From positions 256,001-320,000 of the forward strand of contig OY970195.1 in NCBI GenBank assembly GCA_963708185.1: a stretch of 64,000 nt of DNA, given 5' to 3'. Below the pieces are notes generated by a model. The model did not search any database. It was not told where the DNA came from and was given only the letters and a program-made list of their open reading frames with translations. This DNA comes from Candidatus Peregrinibacteria bacterium. Its GTDB lineage: Bacteria; Patescibacteriota; Gracilibacteria; UBA1369. Position numbers and translations under genes: made by a program. This document shows positions 8,381 through 18,220 of this stretch, piece after piece (position 1 is the first letter of the stretch; each line of letters opens with the position of its first letter).

Positions 8381-9979
8381 ATGCGCCGTGTTTACCGCCG
8401 CAAACGTCCATTCGAATATTTGCTGCCTTTCCTCATTTTTGTCGGGATCGGTGTCATTGTCGTCCTGGGATTCCAGCTCTGGAATAATTTGCAGGGCGTG
8501 AAAGGCGACGTGTATTTTTACGTTGCCAGCGGCAAGGCCAAGATGCTTCAGTACGGGCTTACTGAATGGGATAATGCCTACAGTGGTACCAAACTTCTTT
8601 TGGGTGATTCTGTAAAAACCAGCCAGGACAGCCGTGGCGTTCTGCAGTTTTTTAACGGGACGATCGTCCGTCTCGGCGATGATACGGAAGTGACGATTAC
8701 CGATATCACCAAACGCAGTGACGTGGAAAAAATCGGTCTGACCCTTACTCACGGAAGTGTCTGGATCGACAAGAAACAGACCGAGGGCGTGGACCAGTCC
8801 GATTTCCAGGTCAGAACTTCACATATGCTCGTCAGTGACGTCGGAACGGTTTTTGAGGTGGAAAGTGATACCGATGAAACGGTTCGCGTGATGAAAGGCA
8901 ACGTGAAAGCCCAGATTTTAGGCAATCCGACCGATGTAACTTCCATTCTCGACAGCGTCCAGGTCGGTGTAGGGCAGGAAATGACTCTCAATGCGGCGAT
9001 TTTGAAATCTTTCCAGAATCACGAGACTCCTTCGGTCCTCATGGCGCTGAGTGACGATTTTAAGCTTTCCGACTGGTATTTGTGGAACAGCCGCGAGGAT
9101 GAAAGTCCTTCGGATTTCAGCATTTCCAGCGGGATTGAAACGTCCGGCAGTTCCGAGGCCATGACCTCGATTGAACCGACATCACTTGATACCGAACAGT
9201 CCGCGACTCCATCGACCGAGCAGATCGTCACTCCCGCGCCGACGGGATCAACTTCGACGACGCTTCAGCCTCCGGTCATCAGCCAGCCGAGTCCCGCCGT
9301 CGTCACGACCGACAAGAATAAAATGACGATCAGCGGAACGGTCGGAGCCGGAACGGCAAAAATCGTCATCAGCGAAACGATCGGCGGCAATACCGATGAG
9401 TATACCCTGGGCAAGTTCAAATCGGGAGATACCTCCTTCAGTTATAATGTTTCTGACGCCTTGGGCAACTACAAGTCCGGTGAGAATATTTATCGTGTGT
9501 TTGCGGTCGATGCCGACGGTAAACGCAGCGATTCGTCTGACGTGCATATTACCTATAGCAAACCCGAGGTGACGATCACCGATGCCTTGTCCGCTCCTCA
9601 GGTCAGTACCTATAACGGTTCGCCGTCCTCGACGGTGACCGTTGGGGTGGTGAAAGTCGAAGGAACGGTCGCCGGCGCGAAGAGCGTCGTCGTGAACGGT
9701 TATACGTTAAGCCAGTTCCAGCCGGGGGATAAAACCTGGGTCTATTATGCCAACGAAAGCGCCGGCAATCTGACTCCCGGAGAGAACAGTTATCAAGTCT
9801 ATGCTGTCGATCCACAGGGGAACAAAAGCGATACGACGACCTTTGCGATCACCTATAATAAAACCGCATCTGCTCAAACGCAGGCTTCGTCCGGTTCGAC
9901 GACTTCAAGTTCAACGACAACGTCAACCACTCAAACGACAGGCGGAAGTTCAACCGAAGCGGTTCCGGAAGGGTTTTAA
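8381..9979 (+). CDS. Membrane-anchored FecR-domain protein with two Ig-like repeats
   Basis: N-terminal TM; FecR-like LLLGDSVKT...LQFFNGTIVRLGDDTEV...GSVW...VGTVFEV; two repeats YTLxxFxxGD...GN...GENxYxVxAVD; Ser/Thr tail. Confidence 0.8.
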   Translation: MRRVYRRKRPFEYLLPFLIFVGIGVIVVLGFQLWNNLQGVKGDVYFYVASGKAKMLQYGLTEWDNAYSGTKLLLGDSVKTSQDSRGVLQFFNGTIVRLGDDTEVTITDITKRSDVEKIGLTLTHGSVWIDKKQTEGVDQSDFQVRTSHMLVSDVGTVFEVESDTDETVRVMKGNVKAQILGNPTDVTSILDSVQVGVGQEMTLNAAILKSFQNHETPSVLMALSDDFKLSDWYLWNSREDESPSDFSISSGIETSGSSEAMTSIEPTSLDTEQSATPSTEQIVTPAPTGSTSTTLQPPVISQPSPAVVTTDKNKMTISGTVGAGTAKIVISETIGGNTDEYTLGKFKSGDTSFSYNVSDALGNYKSGENIYRVFAVDADGKRSDSSDVHITYSKPEVTITDALSAPQVSTYNGSPSSTVTVGVVKVEGTVAGAKSVVVNGYTLSQFQPGDKTWVYYANESAGNLTPGENSYQVYAVDPQGNKSDTTTFAITYNKTASAQTQASSGSTTSSSTTTSTTQTTGGSSTEAVPEGF

Positions 9980-9997
9980 ACCCGGGTTCAAACGATT

Positions 9998-11038
9998 CTA
10001 TTGGAGATATTTCGCCTTGTTGGCGTTCTGTTCGTCGTTGGTTTTGGCGTAGACCATTTCGCCGGTATCCGGCTTTGTGAGATAATAGAAGTACGGCGAA
10101 TCCTGCGGTTCCAGAGCGGCGGTGATCGCTTTTAACCCGGGATTATCGATCGGGCCGGGAGGAAGCCCCTGGTTCTTGCGGGTATTGTATGGAGAGTCGG
10201 TCTGGAGGTCCTGATAATCGATGGTGTTGTCGTTTTTAAGGTAGAGCAACGTCGCGTCCGCTCCCAGCAGCCAGTGGTTGTCGAGACGTTTCCAGAGGAT
10301 GCCGGAGACGATGGGGCGGTCGGTATCGGTGCTGACTTCCTTTTCGATGATGGACGCCATGGTGATGACGTCATAAAGCGTGTGTCCCTGTTGTTGTGCA
10401 AGTTCGTCGGCGTTGTCGGGAAGGCGTTTCTGGAAGTCCTTCAGCATGAGGTCAATCATGTCCTTGTTGTTGTAATGTGTGAGATCGATATAGTAAGTGT
10501 CGGGAAAAAGGTAGCCTTCGAGAGGATGGGGGAGCTGTTTCATTTTTTGTTGATCCAGGAAGGGATATTTTGCGTAATTGTCGAAATCCTTTACCGCCTG
10601 GACGAACTCTCCGGCCTGGATCGCCCCTAGTCCGGCAAGGCGTTCGTCGATCCCTTCGATCGTTGTGCCTTCGGGAATGGTCAGGGTGAGTTCTCCCTGG
10701 TCGGGATTGATGATCTTTTCGGCGATTTGGGGAATCGTCAGCGCCTGGTTCAGGAGGAATTTCCCGGCAATGATTTTACGGTCGTATCCGCTTTGTTTGG
10801 CGTAATTTTTAAAGGCGTCTTCATCAAGAATAAGGTCCTTGTCATGGAGATTCGTTGCGATGGTGGCGATGGAGTCTCCCTTTTTGATGAGGAACGCCGT
10901 ATCAATGGCATTGTTGGGATTGACCGGCGTGCTGATGAAGTACTGGTAGCGGCTTGAGGTATACCAGAAGTATCCGACGGCAAGGATAACAACGGCTCCG
11001 ATAACGAGGAACACACGTGAACTTCGACGTTTATGCAT
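9998..11038 (-). CDS. mltG: Endolytic transglycosylase MltG
   Basis: TIPEG, LEGYLFPDTY, MASIIEKE, SPYNT, GLPPGPIDNPG. Confidence 0.96.
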   Translation of the reverse strand: MHKRRSSRVFLVIGAVVILAVGYFWYTSSRYQYFISTPVNPNNAIDTAFLIKKGDSIATIATNLHDKDLILDEDAFKNYAKQSGYDRKIIAGKFLLNQALTIPQIAEKIINPDQGELTLTIPEGTTIEGIDERLAGLGAIQAGEFVQAVKDFDNYAKYPFLDQQKMKQLPHPLEGYLFPDTYYIDLTHYNNKDMIDLMLKDFQKRLPDNADELAQQQGHTLYDVITMASIIEKEVSTDTDRPIVSGILWKRLDNHWLLGADATLLYLKNDNTIDYQDLQTDSPYNTRKNQGLPPGPIDNPGLKAITAALEPQDSPYFYYLTKPDTGEMVYAKTNDEQNANKAKYLQ

Positions 11039-11054
11039 GAAGAATCAATTAAAA

Positions 11055-11348
11055 TTACGCTCCCGGAAGTCCCAGGTCGCCCATGACGCCTTTCATTTTG
11101 TCGGCGGCGATTTGTTGAGATTTTTTGATGGCCTTGTTCAAAGCCTTGATGAGGTTTTCCTGAAGTTTTCCCGGATTCTGGTGCGCCTCTTCCGGAATGG
11201 TGATGGATACGACTTCCTGCTCCCCGTCGATGACGACGACGATTCCGTCGACTTCGGCTTCGATATGCGTATTGCGGAGGTCTTTCTTGATCTCTTTGGC
11301 CTGTCGCTGAAGCTGATAAAGGTTTTTGGCCTGATCGAACATTCCCAT
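11055..11348 (-). CDS. ybaB: YbaB/EbfC nucleoid-associated protein
   Basis: 97 aa; QAKxxxxLQ, VVVIDGEQEV, LIKALNKA, terminal GLPG. Confidence 0.9.
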   Translation of the reverse strand: MGMFDQAKNLYQLQRQAKEIKKDLRNTHIEAEVDGIVVVIDGEQEVVSITIPEEAHQNPGKLQENLIKALNKAIKKSQQIAADKMKGVMGDLGLPGA

Positions 11349-11421
11349 GGGTGTTTTGTTAGTAAATAGTGCTTTATGGCTTTTTTAGGCCGGTATCGGC
11401 GCAATTCCATGCTGCTTTTTG

Positions 11422-11488
11422 ATTGTACGGAAGCCTTCCCCGGGCGTCAATAAAAAACGTTGCTTTCCGCCATTTGTTCGGGTAAACT
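11422..11488. promoter_or_regulatory. Back-to-back sigma70 promoters for ybaB-mltG (-) and rplY (+)
   Basis: Minus: TTGACG(11450-11445)-N17-TACAAT(11427-11422). Plus: TTGCTT(11460-11465)-N17-TAAACT(11483-11488). Confidence 0.6.
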
Positions 11489-11532
11489 GCTCGTGCTTTT
11501 GTCTTCAATGAAATTTATTATATTTTAATATT

Positions 11533-12207
11533 ATGGAAAAGATTCTTTTGGACGCCAAGGTCCGCGATGTAAAGATTTCGCCAAGCTACCTTCGCAAACA
11601 ACGCAAGATTCCCGCAATTTATTACGGACACAAAGAGGAAAACATGGCTTTGGAACTTGATTATCAGCCATTCCGTAAAGCTTTCGATAAAGCCGGAAGC
11701 AACCAGATCATCGAACTGAACATTGACGGAAAGACCAAGCCGGTCCTGGTTCATGACGTGCAGTATAATCCTTTGACCGACACGTTTGATCATATCGATT
11801 TTGTTCACGTCAACATGAATGAAGAGGTGAGAGCCGATATTCCCGTCGTCATCATTGGGGTCGCTCCGGCCGTGAAGAACCTCGGAGGTATTTTGACGAC
11901 ACTCCGTCACGAACTTGAAGTGAAATGTCTTCCCGCCGATCTTCCTCATGAGATTCAAGTCGACGTTTCTTCTCTTGAGGAACTCCACAGTTCCATCCAT
12001 ATCCGCGATTTGAATGTTCCGAAAGGTGTGAAAATTTCCGCCAGTCCCGACGATGTTATCGTGACGGTTTCCGTCGTGAAACAGGAAGTCGAAGAAACTC
12101 CTGCGACTGAAGCAGTTGTTGAAGGTGCAGAAGGAGCAGCTCCGGCTGAAGGCGCGGCACCAGCCGAGGGAGCAGCAGCTCCGGCGGCCGCTGAGGAAAA
12201 GAAGTAA
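11533..12207 (+). CDS. rplY: 50S ribosomal protein L25 (Ctc type)
   Basis: LRKQRKIPAIYYG, VLVHDVQYNP, HIDF, LPHEIQVDVSSL; (EGAAPA)n tail. Confidence 0.96.
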   Translation: MEKILLDAKVRDVKISPSYLRKQRKIPAIYYGHKEENMALELDYQPFRKAFDKAGSNQIIELNIDGKTKPVLVHDVQYNPLTDTFDHIDFVHVNMNEEVRADIPVVIIGVAPAVKNLGGILTTLRHELEVKCLPADLPHEIQVDVSSLEELHSSIHIRDLNVPKGVKISASPDDVIVTVSVVKQEVEETPATEAVVEGAEGAAPAEGAAPAEGAAAPAAAEEKK

Positions 12208-12233
12208 GAAGTTCTCCATTGACCTTGTATTGC

Positions 12234-12266
12234 AAGAGACCCGCTGCGAGCAGCGGGTCTCTTTTT
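12234..12266 (+). terminator. Rho-independent terminator after rplY
   Basis: AAGAGACCCGCTG-CGAG-CAGCGGGTCTCTTTTT. Confidence 0.85.
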
Positions 12267-12291
12267 GAATCCTTTGAATATACTGTTGGTT

Positions 12292-12834
12292 TTATTTTTT
12301 TGCAGCTATCTTCAGGACGGTGTTCCAGTTGCGGGTGGTCACGTGTTTCCCGAACGTTTTTCCGATGATCTCCATGGCATCAACGGTACGGTTTCCGGGA
12401 ATGATCGTGAGTACGCTGATGAGCGCGTTATCTTTTATCGCCAGGATAGTGAAGTTTTTTTGGGGAGAGACATACGGCAGTTTCATGCTTTGTTCCGGTT
12501 TGCTTTTCAAAAAAGTGATGTACAGGCGCGTATCTTTGGTTATGGGGATGTTCTTAAAAGGGGCCGAAGCGATGAGGGAGTCGATTTGATCCATCGATCT
12601 CAAGATCACTTCGATTTCATGGCCGAACGTTTTTTCCAGTTTTTTTTCGATGATGCCGGTAAGCTCTATCGGGTCGGTTTCCTGCGTTTCGAAAATGGCG
12701 TTCCCGCTTGCGAGAAGCGTCGCCACGTTTTTGAATTTGAGGCTTTGGAGCGTTTTACGAAGGTCTTCCATTTTGACCATTTTGTTTCCGCCAACATTGA
12801 TGCCGCGGAGAAATGCCACGTATTTTGCCATCAT
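12292..12834 (-). CDS. DUF1697 family protein
   Basis: YVAFLRGINVGGNKMVKM...LASGNAIF...TTRNWNTV signature. Confidence 0.93.
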   Translation of the reverse strand: MMAKYVAFLRGINVGGNKMVKMEDLRKTLQSLKFKNVATLLASGNAIFETQETDPIELTGIIEKKLEKTFGHEIEVILRSMDQIDSLIASAPFKNIPITKDTRLYITFLKSKPEQSMKLPYVSPQKNFTILAIKDNALISVLTIIPGNRTVDAMEIIGKTFGKHVTTRNWNTVLKIAAKK

Positions 12835-12840
12835 GTCGGG

Positions 12841-13122
12841 TCAGTTGATCAAACTTTCGAGCAGCTTGCGCTGCTGGTCGAGATCTTTGTTTCCTTTTTT
12901 TGATTTTTCTTTTTCGAGGACCTGTTGGATTGCGGTCACCGGGTGATCTTTCAGTTCGAGAAGAATTTTTTCTCCCACCTGAATGTCCCGATCAAGCATG
13001 TTGAGCGGCCACTGGAACGTCTCATAACTTCCGGCGAGTTGAAGCTCTGCGCAGTTTCCGTTGATGGAAGATATGACGGCTTCAACTTGTGAGATGAGCT
13101 GGTTGTTGACGGGATTTTCCAT
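12841..13122 (-). CDS. Hypothetical protein, DUF3006-like
   Basis: VISSINGNCAEL...FQWPLNML...VGEKILL followed by a helical tail; resemblance judged by eye only. Confidence 0.6.
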   Translation of the reverse strand: MENPVNNQLISQVEAVISSINGNCAELQLAGSYETFQWPLNMLDRDIQVGEKILLELKDHPVTAIQQVLEKEKSKKGNKDLDQQRKLLESLIN

Positions 13123-13151
13123 GGTGTGATTCGAGTGGGGGAAGAGTGTTG

Positions 13152-13179
13152 AAAAGGCGGCCCCGTACGGGGCCGCCTT
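13152..13179 (-). terminator. Terminator after hppA
   Basis: Perfect palindrome AAGGCGGCCCC-GTAC-GGGGCCGCCTT with a T-run on the minus strand. Confidence 0.75.
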
Positions 13180-13184
13180 GGTGG

Positions 13185-15254
13185 TTATTTCATGAGAAGA
13201 GCGGCAAGCATCGGAGCCATGATGAGGGCGATGGTGTTGACCACTTTGATGAGCGAGTTGATGGCGGGACCGGCCGTGTCCTTGAACGGGTCGCCGACGG
13301 TGTCACCGACAACAGCGGCTTTGTGGGCGTCGGAACCTTTCCCCCCGAAATGTCCGGATTCAATGTATTTTTTGCCGTTGTCCCAGGCGCCGCCTCCGGT
13401 GCACATCATGAGGGCGAGGAGGAATCCCGAGACGATAAGTCCTCCAAGCATTCCGCCGAGGGCGAGAGGTCCGAGGACATATCCGGTAAAAATGGTCGTA
13501 AAGACCGCCATGAGGGCGGGATAGATCATTCTGCTGAGAGCTGCTTTGGTGACGATGTCCACGCATTGGCCGTAATCAGGTTTTTCTTTTCCGGACATGA
13601 TACCTTTGATCTCTTTGAACTGACGGCGTACTTCTTCCACAACCTTGTAGGCCGTTTTTCCTACGGATTCCATGAGAGAAGCTGCAAAGATGAACGGCAG
13701 TAAACCCCCGATGAACAGTCCCATCAGGACGGCGGGGTTGGTGATGTCGAAAACGAAATGCGCGGTCGGAGCATGAGCGGTGAGTTCCTCGGTATACGCC
13801 TGGAAGAGGACGAGTGCGGCAAGTGCGGCCGAAGCGATGGCGTATCCTTTGGTCACGGCTTTCGTGGTGTTGCCAACGGCGTCGAGTGCGTCGGTGTGGT
13901 TGCGGACTTTTTCAGGGAGTCCGGCCATTTCGGCGATGCCTCCGGCGTTGTCGGTGATTGGACCGTAGGAGTCCGTTGCGATGACCATGCCGGTCGTCGA
14001 CAACATGGCGACCGCCGCGATGGCGATGCCGTAGATCCCGTTCCCGAGGACGGAGTTCTGTCCGAAGTAGTATGCGAGGAAAATCGCCACGAGCACGAGG
14101 ACGACCGGCGCGGCGGTGCTTTCAAGCCCGACGGCGAGACCGGTAATGACGTTGGTCCCTGCTCCGGTTTCGGAAGATTTGGCGATTTTTTTCACGGGAT
14201 CGTATTCCGTTGAAGTGTAGTATTCGGTGATGATGTTAATAAAGAAAGTCACGCCGAGCCCGACGAGAGACGCGTAGTAGATGTTGATGTCTCCGATGAA
14301 AGACTGGTTGATGAAGTAAAATCCGACGGCCGCGAGAATTCCGGTGACGAGCATGCCTTTATACATGGCCATCATAATATTTTTCTTGGGGCCGAGTTTT
14401 ACAAAAAGTGTTCCGATGATGGAAGTGATGACGGCGAGGGATCCGAGGGCGAGGGGGTATTCAACCCCTTTGGCTCCGATGGTGTCGGTGAGCGTTGAAG
14501 CGGCAAGGATCATGGCTGCTATAAGCGTCACGGCGTATGTCTCAAAAAGATCTGCTCCCATGCCTGCACAGTCACCGACGTTGTCTCCGACGTTATCGGC
14601 GATGACCGCCGGATTGCGAGGATCGTCCTCAGGAATGTTTTTTTCGACTTTCCCCACGATGTCCGCTCCCACGTCGGCGGCTTTGGTGAAAATGCCTCCA
14701 CCGATACGGGCAAAGAGTGAAATGAGGGATGCTCCGAATCCGAAGCCGATGAGAAGTTTCGGTGCCTGGTCGACGGATATCCCGAGATTATTCGTGAAGA
14801 TGAAATAGAATCCGCTGACACCAAGAAGGGCCAGCCCCACGACGGCGAGTCCGGTGACCGAACCACCGCGGAAAGCTACGGACAGCGCGTCCTGAAGTGA
14901 GTTTTTTGCCGCTTCGGTGGTGCGCACGTTGGCACGGACCGAAACGTTCATGCCGATATAACCGGCAAGACCGGAAAAAAACGCACCGACGATAAATCCG
15001 ATCGCCGTGAGAATGTTGTCATGGTGTTGCCCCTGAGGAAGAATGTACGCCATCGCGATGAAAATAAGCGTTGCGATGACAATGATCGTCAAAGACTGAC
15101 GGTTCAGATACGCCATGGCACCTTCCTGGATTGATTTGGCAATTTCCTGCATTTTTTCGTTTCCCGGAGATCGCTTCAGGATCGTGACGATAAGCGCAAC
15201 GGCATAAAGAAGGGCAAAAATACTTACAATCATTGCCACTACAGCGACTTGCAT
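13185..15254 (-). CDS. hppA: Membrane-bound proton-translocating pyrophosphatase, K+-independent type
   Basis: [35 protein letters not shown] (Lys at the K+-determinant site), [10 protein letters not shown]. Confidence 0.96.
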   Translation of the reverse strand: MQVAVVAMIVSIFALLYAVALIVTILKRSPGNEKMQEIAKSIQEGAMAYLNRQSLTIIVIATLIFIAMAYILPQGQHHDNILTAIGFIVGAFFSGLAGYIGMNVSVRANVRTTEAAKNSLQDALSVAFRGGSVTGLAVVGLALLGVSGFYFIFTNNLGISVDQAPKLLIGFGFGASLISLFARIGGGIFTKAADVGADIVGKVEKNIPEDDPRNPAVIADNVGDNVGDCAGMGADLFETYAVTLIAAMILAASTLTDTIGAKGVEYPLALGSLAVITSIIGTLFVKLGPKKNIMMAMYKGMLVTGILAAVGFYFINQSFIGDINIYYASLVGLGVTFFINIITEYYTSTEYDPVKKIAKSSETGAGTNVITGLAVGLESTAAPVVLVLVAIFLAYYFGQNSVLGNGIYGIAIAAVAMLSTTGMVIATDSYGPITDNAGGIAEMAGLPEKVRNHTDALDAVGNTTKAVTKGYAIASAALAALVLFQAYTEELTAHAPTAHFVFDITNPAVLMGLFIGGLLPFIFAASLMESVGKTAYKVVEEVRRQFKEIKGIMSGKEKPDYGQCVDIVTKAALSRMIYPALMAVFTTIFTGYVLGPLALGGMLGGLIVSGFLLALMMCTGGGAWDNGKKYIESGHFGGKGSDAHKAAVVGDTVGDPFKDTAGPAINSLIKVVNTIALIMAPMLAALLMK

Positions 15255-15396
15255 AGAAAAATAAATTAAGAATTAATCCGGTGTGAAATTGTAGCGAAGA
15301 TCGGGGGATGGAGAAATGTTTATCTTGCACTTTGATTTGATAGATTGTCACTTTTGTGTTTTGGCTATTTTCTCGGCAATTTATTGTGAAGGGTCA

Positions 15397-15425
15397 TTGC
15401 TTTTTTTGATATTTTTCCTTACAAT
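15397..15425 (+). promoter_or_regulatory. Putative sigma70 promoter
   Basis: TTGCTT-N17-TACAAT, 36 nt before ATG 15462. Confidence 0.55.
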
Positions 15426-15461
15426 TGTGCATGTTTTACTTTTTAATATTACCCTTTCCAT

Positions 15462-16139
15462 ATGATGGATGAACATCACTCCGAACATTCTGAACACTCA
15501 GAACACAAACATGATAACGGCAGCATGCCGGAAATTCCAAAGGTAGACATGAAAAAAATGAATCCCGATGCCCTGAAAGGGGGATTCGGAGATATTATTG
15601 AAATTCTCAAACTCAACAAGGGTGCCATGGAAAAGGTTGCTGCCAGAGATTCAGAAGGCATCAATCTTGCCATCGTTTACCTTGCCGTCGGTGCCATTGG
15701 CGCTCCTCTCGGTGGTATGATTCTTGGATATACTTTCTTGGGAGTGACCGTCCGCACACCGATCGTGAATGGACTTATCGGGGCAGTGCTCGCTGTTGTC
15801 ATGGGTGTTTTGGTCTACTATGTCACCAACCTCGTCGCAGAAAAGATGTTTCACGGCAAGGCAAAATTTGCTGAGTATTTCCGTGTCATGGGCTACGCTT
15901 CACTTTTGAACGTTCTCGGATTTTTGACCGTTGTTCCGATTATCAGCACTTTGGCTGCGCTCTGGATTCTCGTCATTAACTATTTTGCCCTGACGACCGT
16001 TCATAAGTTGAATGCAACCAATGCGGTCTTGACGATCATCGTTACGATCGTTGTTTTCATAGCTTTGACAGCGGTTATCGGCGCTCTCGGTCTTTCAGCC
16101 GCCGGTCTCGGTGGAGCTTCTTTCTCATTGAGCAGCTAA
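15462..16139 (+). CDS. YIP1-family membrane protein
   Basis: About five TM segments, FHGKAKFAEYFRVMGYA pattern, His-rich N-terminus. Confidence 0.75.
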   Translation: MMDEHHSEHSEHSEHKHDNGSMPEIPKVDMKKMNPDALKGGFGDIIEILKLNKGAMEKVAARDSEGINLAIVYLAVGAIGAPLGGMILGYTFLGVTVRTPIVNGLIGAVLAVVMGVLVYYVTNLVAEKMFHGKAKFAEYFRVMGYASLLNVLGFLTVVPIISTLAALWILVINYFALTTVHKLNATNAVLTIIVTIVVFIALTAVIGALGLSAAGLGGASFSLSS

Positions 16140-16170
16140 GAAAAGCCGTTTTTTATTGATACGAACCTTT

Positions 16171-16199
16171 AAAAGCCCCGTTTTCAAACGGGGCTTTTT
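16171..16199 (+). terminator. Rho-independent terminator
   Basis: AAAAGCCCCGTTT-TC-AAACGGGGCTTTTT. Confidence 0.8.
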
Positions 16200-16232
16200 G
16201 TGCTAAAATATAAGGATTATAAGGTTTTTCGT

Positions 16233-18128
16233 ATGGCAGAAGGAGACGCATCTCAAAATCAGGGGCAAAAAGGACAAAATGACCTCTCAAAAGAGGTCAA
16301 ATCCGAAGCTGCGGACCCGAAGAAGCTTGAACGTGCAGCGAAAGAGCGCGAACGCCGTCGCCGTCGTCGACGGAAAAAGGCCGAGCTGCGGCGTTTGGCG
16401 AAAGAGGCCCCGGGACCGGTTCCGTCTTCCGATGAAGTCCCTCAGAAAAAGCCGAGATCCAAATCCAGTCCGCCGAAATCCGAGCAACCGAAAAAGACGG
16501 GAACTGCTCCCGTGCCTTCTGGAGAACCCCAAATGCCTCGTTCTGAAGAGCCCGTCGCGCGTTCAAAAAACATTGTTCCACAGGCTGAACCGGAAAAAGA
16601 GTCCGTTCCGGGTGAGCAGAAAAACGTAGAACACCCTATGGCTCATAAAACGCACAGTTTTGCCGGACCTTTGATTCAACCCAAACAGCCGACAAAGAAG
16701 GAAGAGCCGAGGGAAGAGCCTGTTTCCGAACCTGAGCCTCAACCTGTTTCCCAACCGGTCACCGAACCTGAACCGGAATCAGTCGTCGAACCCGAACCGA
16801 CCCCCGAACCCGTGCAGTCGATTCCGGAACCTGAACCAGAACCCGCTCCCGCACAGCCGTCCCAGCCGCCATCGGAAGATATCGTCATCCGTGGGGAACA
16901 TGAGGACCGTCGTCCGCAGGTTGAAATGCGCCAGCCACATCCGGAGGAGGAAGAAGAAGTCCATGAAGTACCGTCAATTTTTCCCGAAGATGAGGAAGAG
17001 CCGACAGAGGTTCATCCTCCCGAACAACACACGGAAGAACCCGAACAGCATAATGAGGAAGTTCCGGCTGAAGTCATTGAATCCGCCCCGCACGAAGAAG
17101 TGAAACCGGGAGAGCAGAAGGTTCATGAACAACCTGAGCAAAACGAAACTTCAAAAGAGCTCCTGGAGGGATCTGAAGGCTTGCAGGAACGGAAGCCGGC
17201 ATGGCAGTCAGCGGGCAGTTTCTTTTCGGGTTTTTTTAAAAACGTCGGATCGGCGATCCTGAAATTCAGATTGAAGTTCGATTTCCGCAAGCTGGGGGTG
17301 TTCGTCGTCCTGGTCATTCTGGGAGGAGCGCTGTATGCCGGATATGTCTTCAAGGTTCATGAAAAAGTTTACAACTACGTTGCGGGATTTTTTAAGGCTC
17401 CGGTCCCTGTTGAAATCAATGTTGATGAAGAACTTTTACGCGAGTGGGGGATTACGACAGCACTTGTTTTCGGCGATAACCGGGGGAACAGCCAGGATCT
17501 TCTGGCGTCGCAGATTTATAACGCTTACTACTTCGGTTTCCTGAAAGAACCGAAGGTCCAGGGAGAGACGGGCATTACGCCGGCATATTATTATGGAACC
17601 GGCGCCGACCAGGTTGCGCAAACCAACCAGTTCATCGATGACATCAGCAATCTTCGTGAACTGGTGAGCCTCTATGACGTGGATGTCTATCGGATGCTCG
17701 ATCAGACCACGGACCGCGAAAAAGCTCTGGACGGTTATGTGACGAAACTTCATGCAACCATGGATAAAAGCCAGACCATCTCCGACCAGCTCAAGACGGA
17801 GATCGACGACCTGAAGGTTTCCTACGACAGCCTGACGCCCGACAAGACCCAGTTTGAAAGTGATTTCTTCACGGCGCTCCAGGGGCTTGCCGGGGAAAAG
17901 TCCGACTTTCTTTTGAAGAGTTTTATCGACGTTACACAAAAACAGGCGGCTTTGAAAGCAAGGTACTCCGCACTCCAGCAGCTTGCCACGTACTACGATT
18001 CGGCCATGCAGAAACTTTCGGTCCGCATTACCGCTGTTGAACAGAATCACCAGGCGCTCGTGCAGGGGATTCACGTGGTGGATATTCCGGGCGCCAACCT
18101 GGATATCATCCTCCAATCGAACCAGTAA
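16233..18128 (+). CDS. Hypothetical bitopic membrane protein with long Pro/Glu-rich disordered N-region
   Basis: ERERRRRRRRKK run, (EP)n tracts, TM (LGVFVVLVILGGALYAGYVF), helical C-domain. ATG 16233 chosen because the TTG at 16200 abuts the terminator. Confidence 0.8.
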   Translation: MAEGDASQNQGQKGQNDLSKEVKSEAADPKKLERAAKERERRRRRRRKKAELRRLAKEAPGPVPSSDEVPQKKPRSKSSPPKSEQPKKTGTAPVPSGEPQMPRSEEPVARSKNIVPQAEPEKESVPGEQKNVEHPMAHKTHSFAGPLIQPKQPTKKEEPREEPVSEPEPQPVSQPVTEPEPESVVEPEPTPEPVQSIPEPEPEPAPAQPSQPPSEDIVIRGEHEDRRPQVEMRQPHPEEEEEVHEVPSIFPEDEEEPTEVHPPEQHTEEPEQHNEEVPAEVIESAPHEEVKPGEQKVHEQPEQNETSKELLEGSEGLQERKPAWQSAGSFFSGFFKNVGSAILKFRLKFDFRKLGVFVVLVILGGALYAGYVFKVHEKVYNYVAGFFKAPVPVEINVDEELLREWGITTALVFGDNRGNSQDLLASQIYNAYYFGFLKEPKVQGETGITPAYYYGTGADQVAQTNQFIDDISNLRELVSLYDVDVYRMLDQTTDREKALDGYVTKLHATMDKSQTISDQLKTEIDDLKVSYDSLTPDKTQFESDFFTALQGLAGEKSDFLLKSFIDVTQKQAALKARYSALQQLATYYDSAMQKLSVRITAVEQNHQALVQGIHVVDIPGANLDIILQSNQ

Positions 18129-18220
18129 GGCCCTCGATAGGCTAAAAAGCTGATCAGCTTAAGAAAAAGTTGCTATTTTTGAAAGTGGATGATAGTATTG
18201 TGAATCCCTGAGCTATTTTT

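Noticed and set aside
16700-16870. GAACC(T/C/G)-type short repeats, possible CRISPR or VNTR
   Set aside because: In-frame degenerate Glu-Pro codons; no constant repeat-spacer structure and no cas genes.
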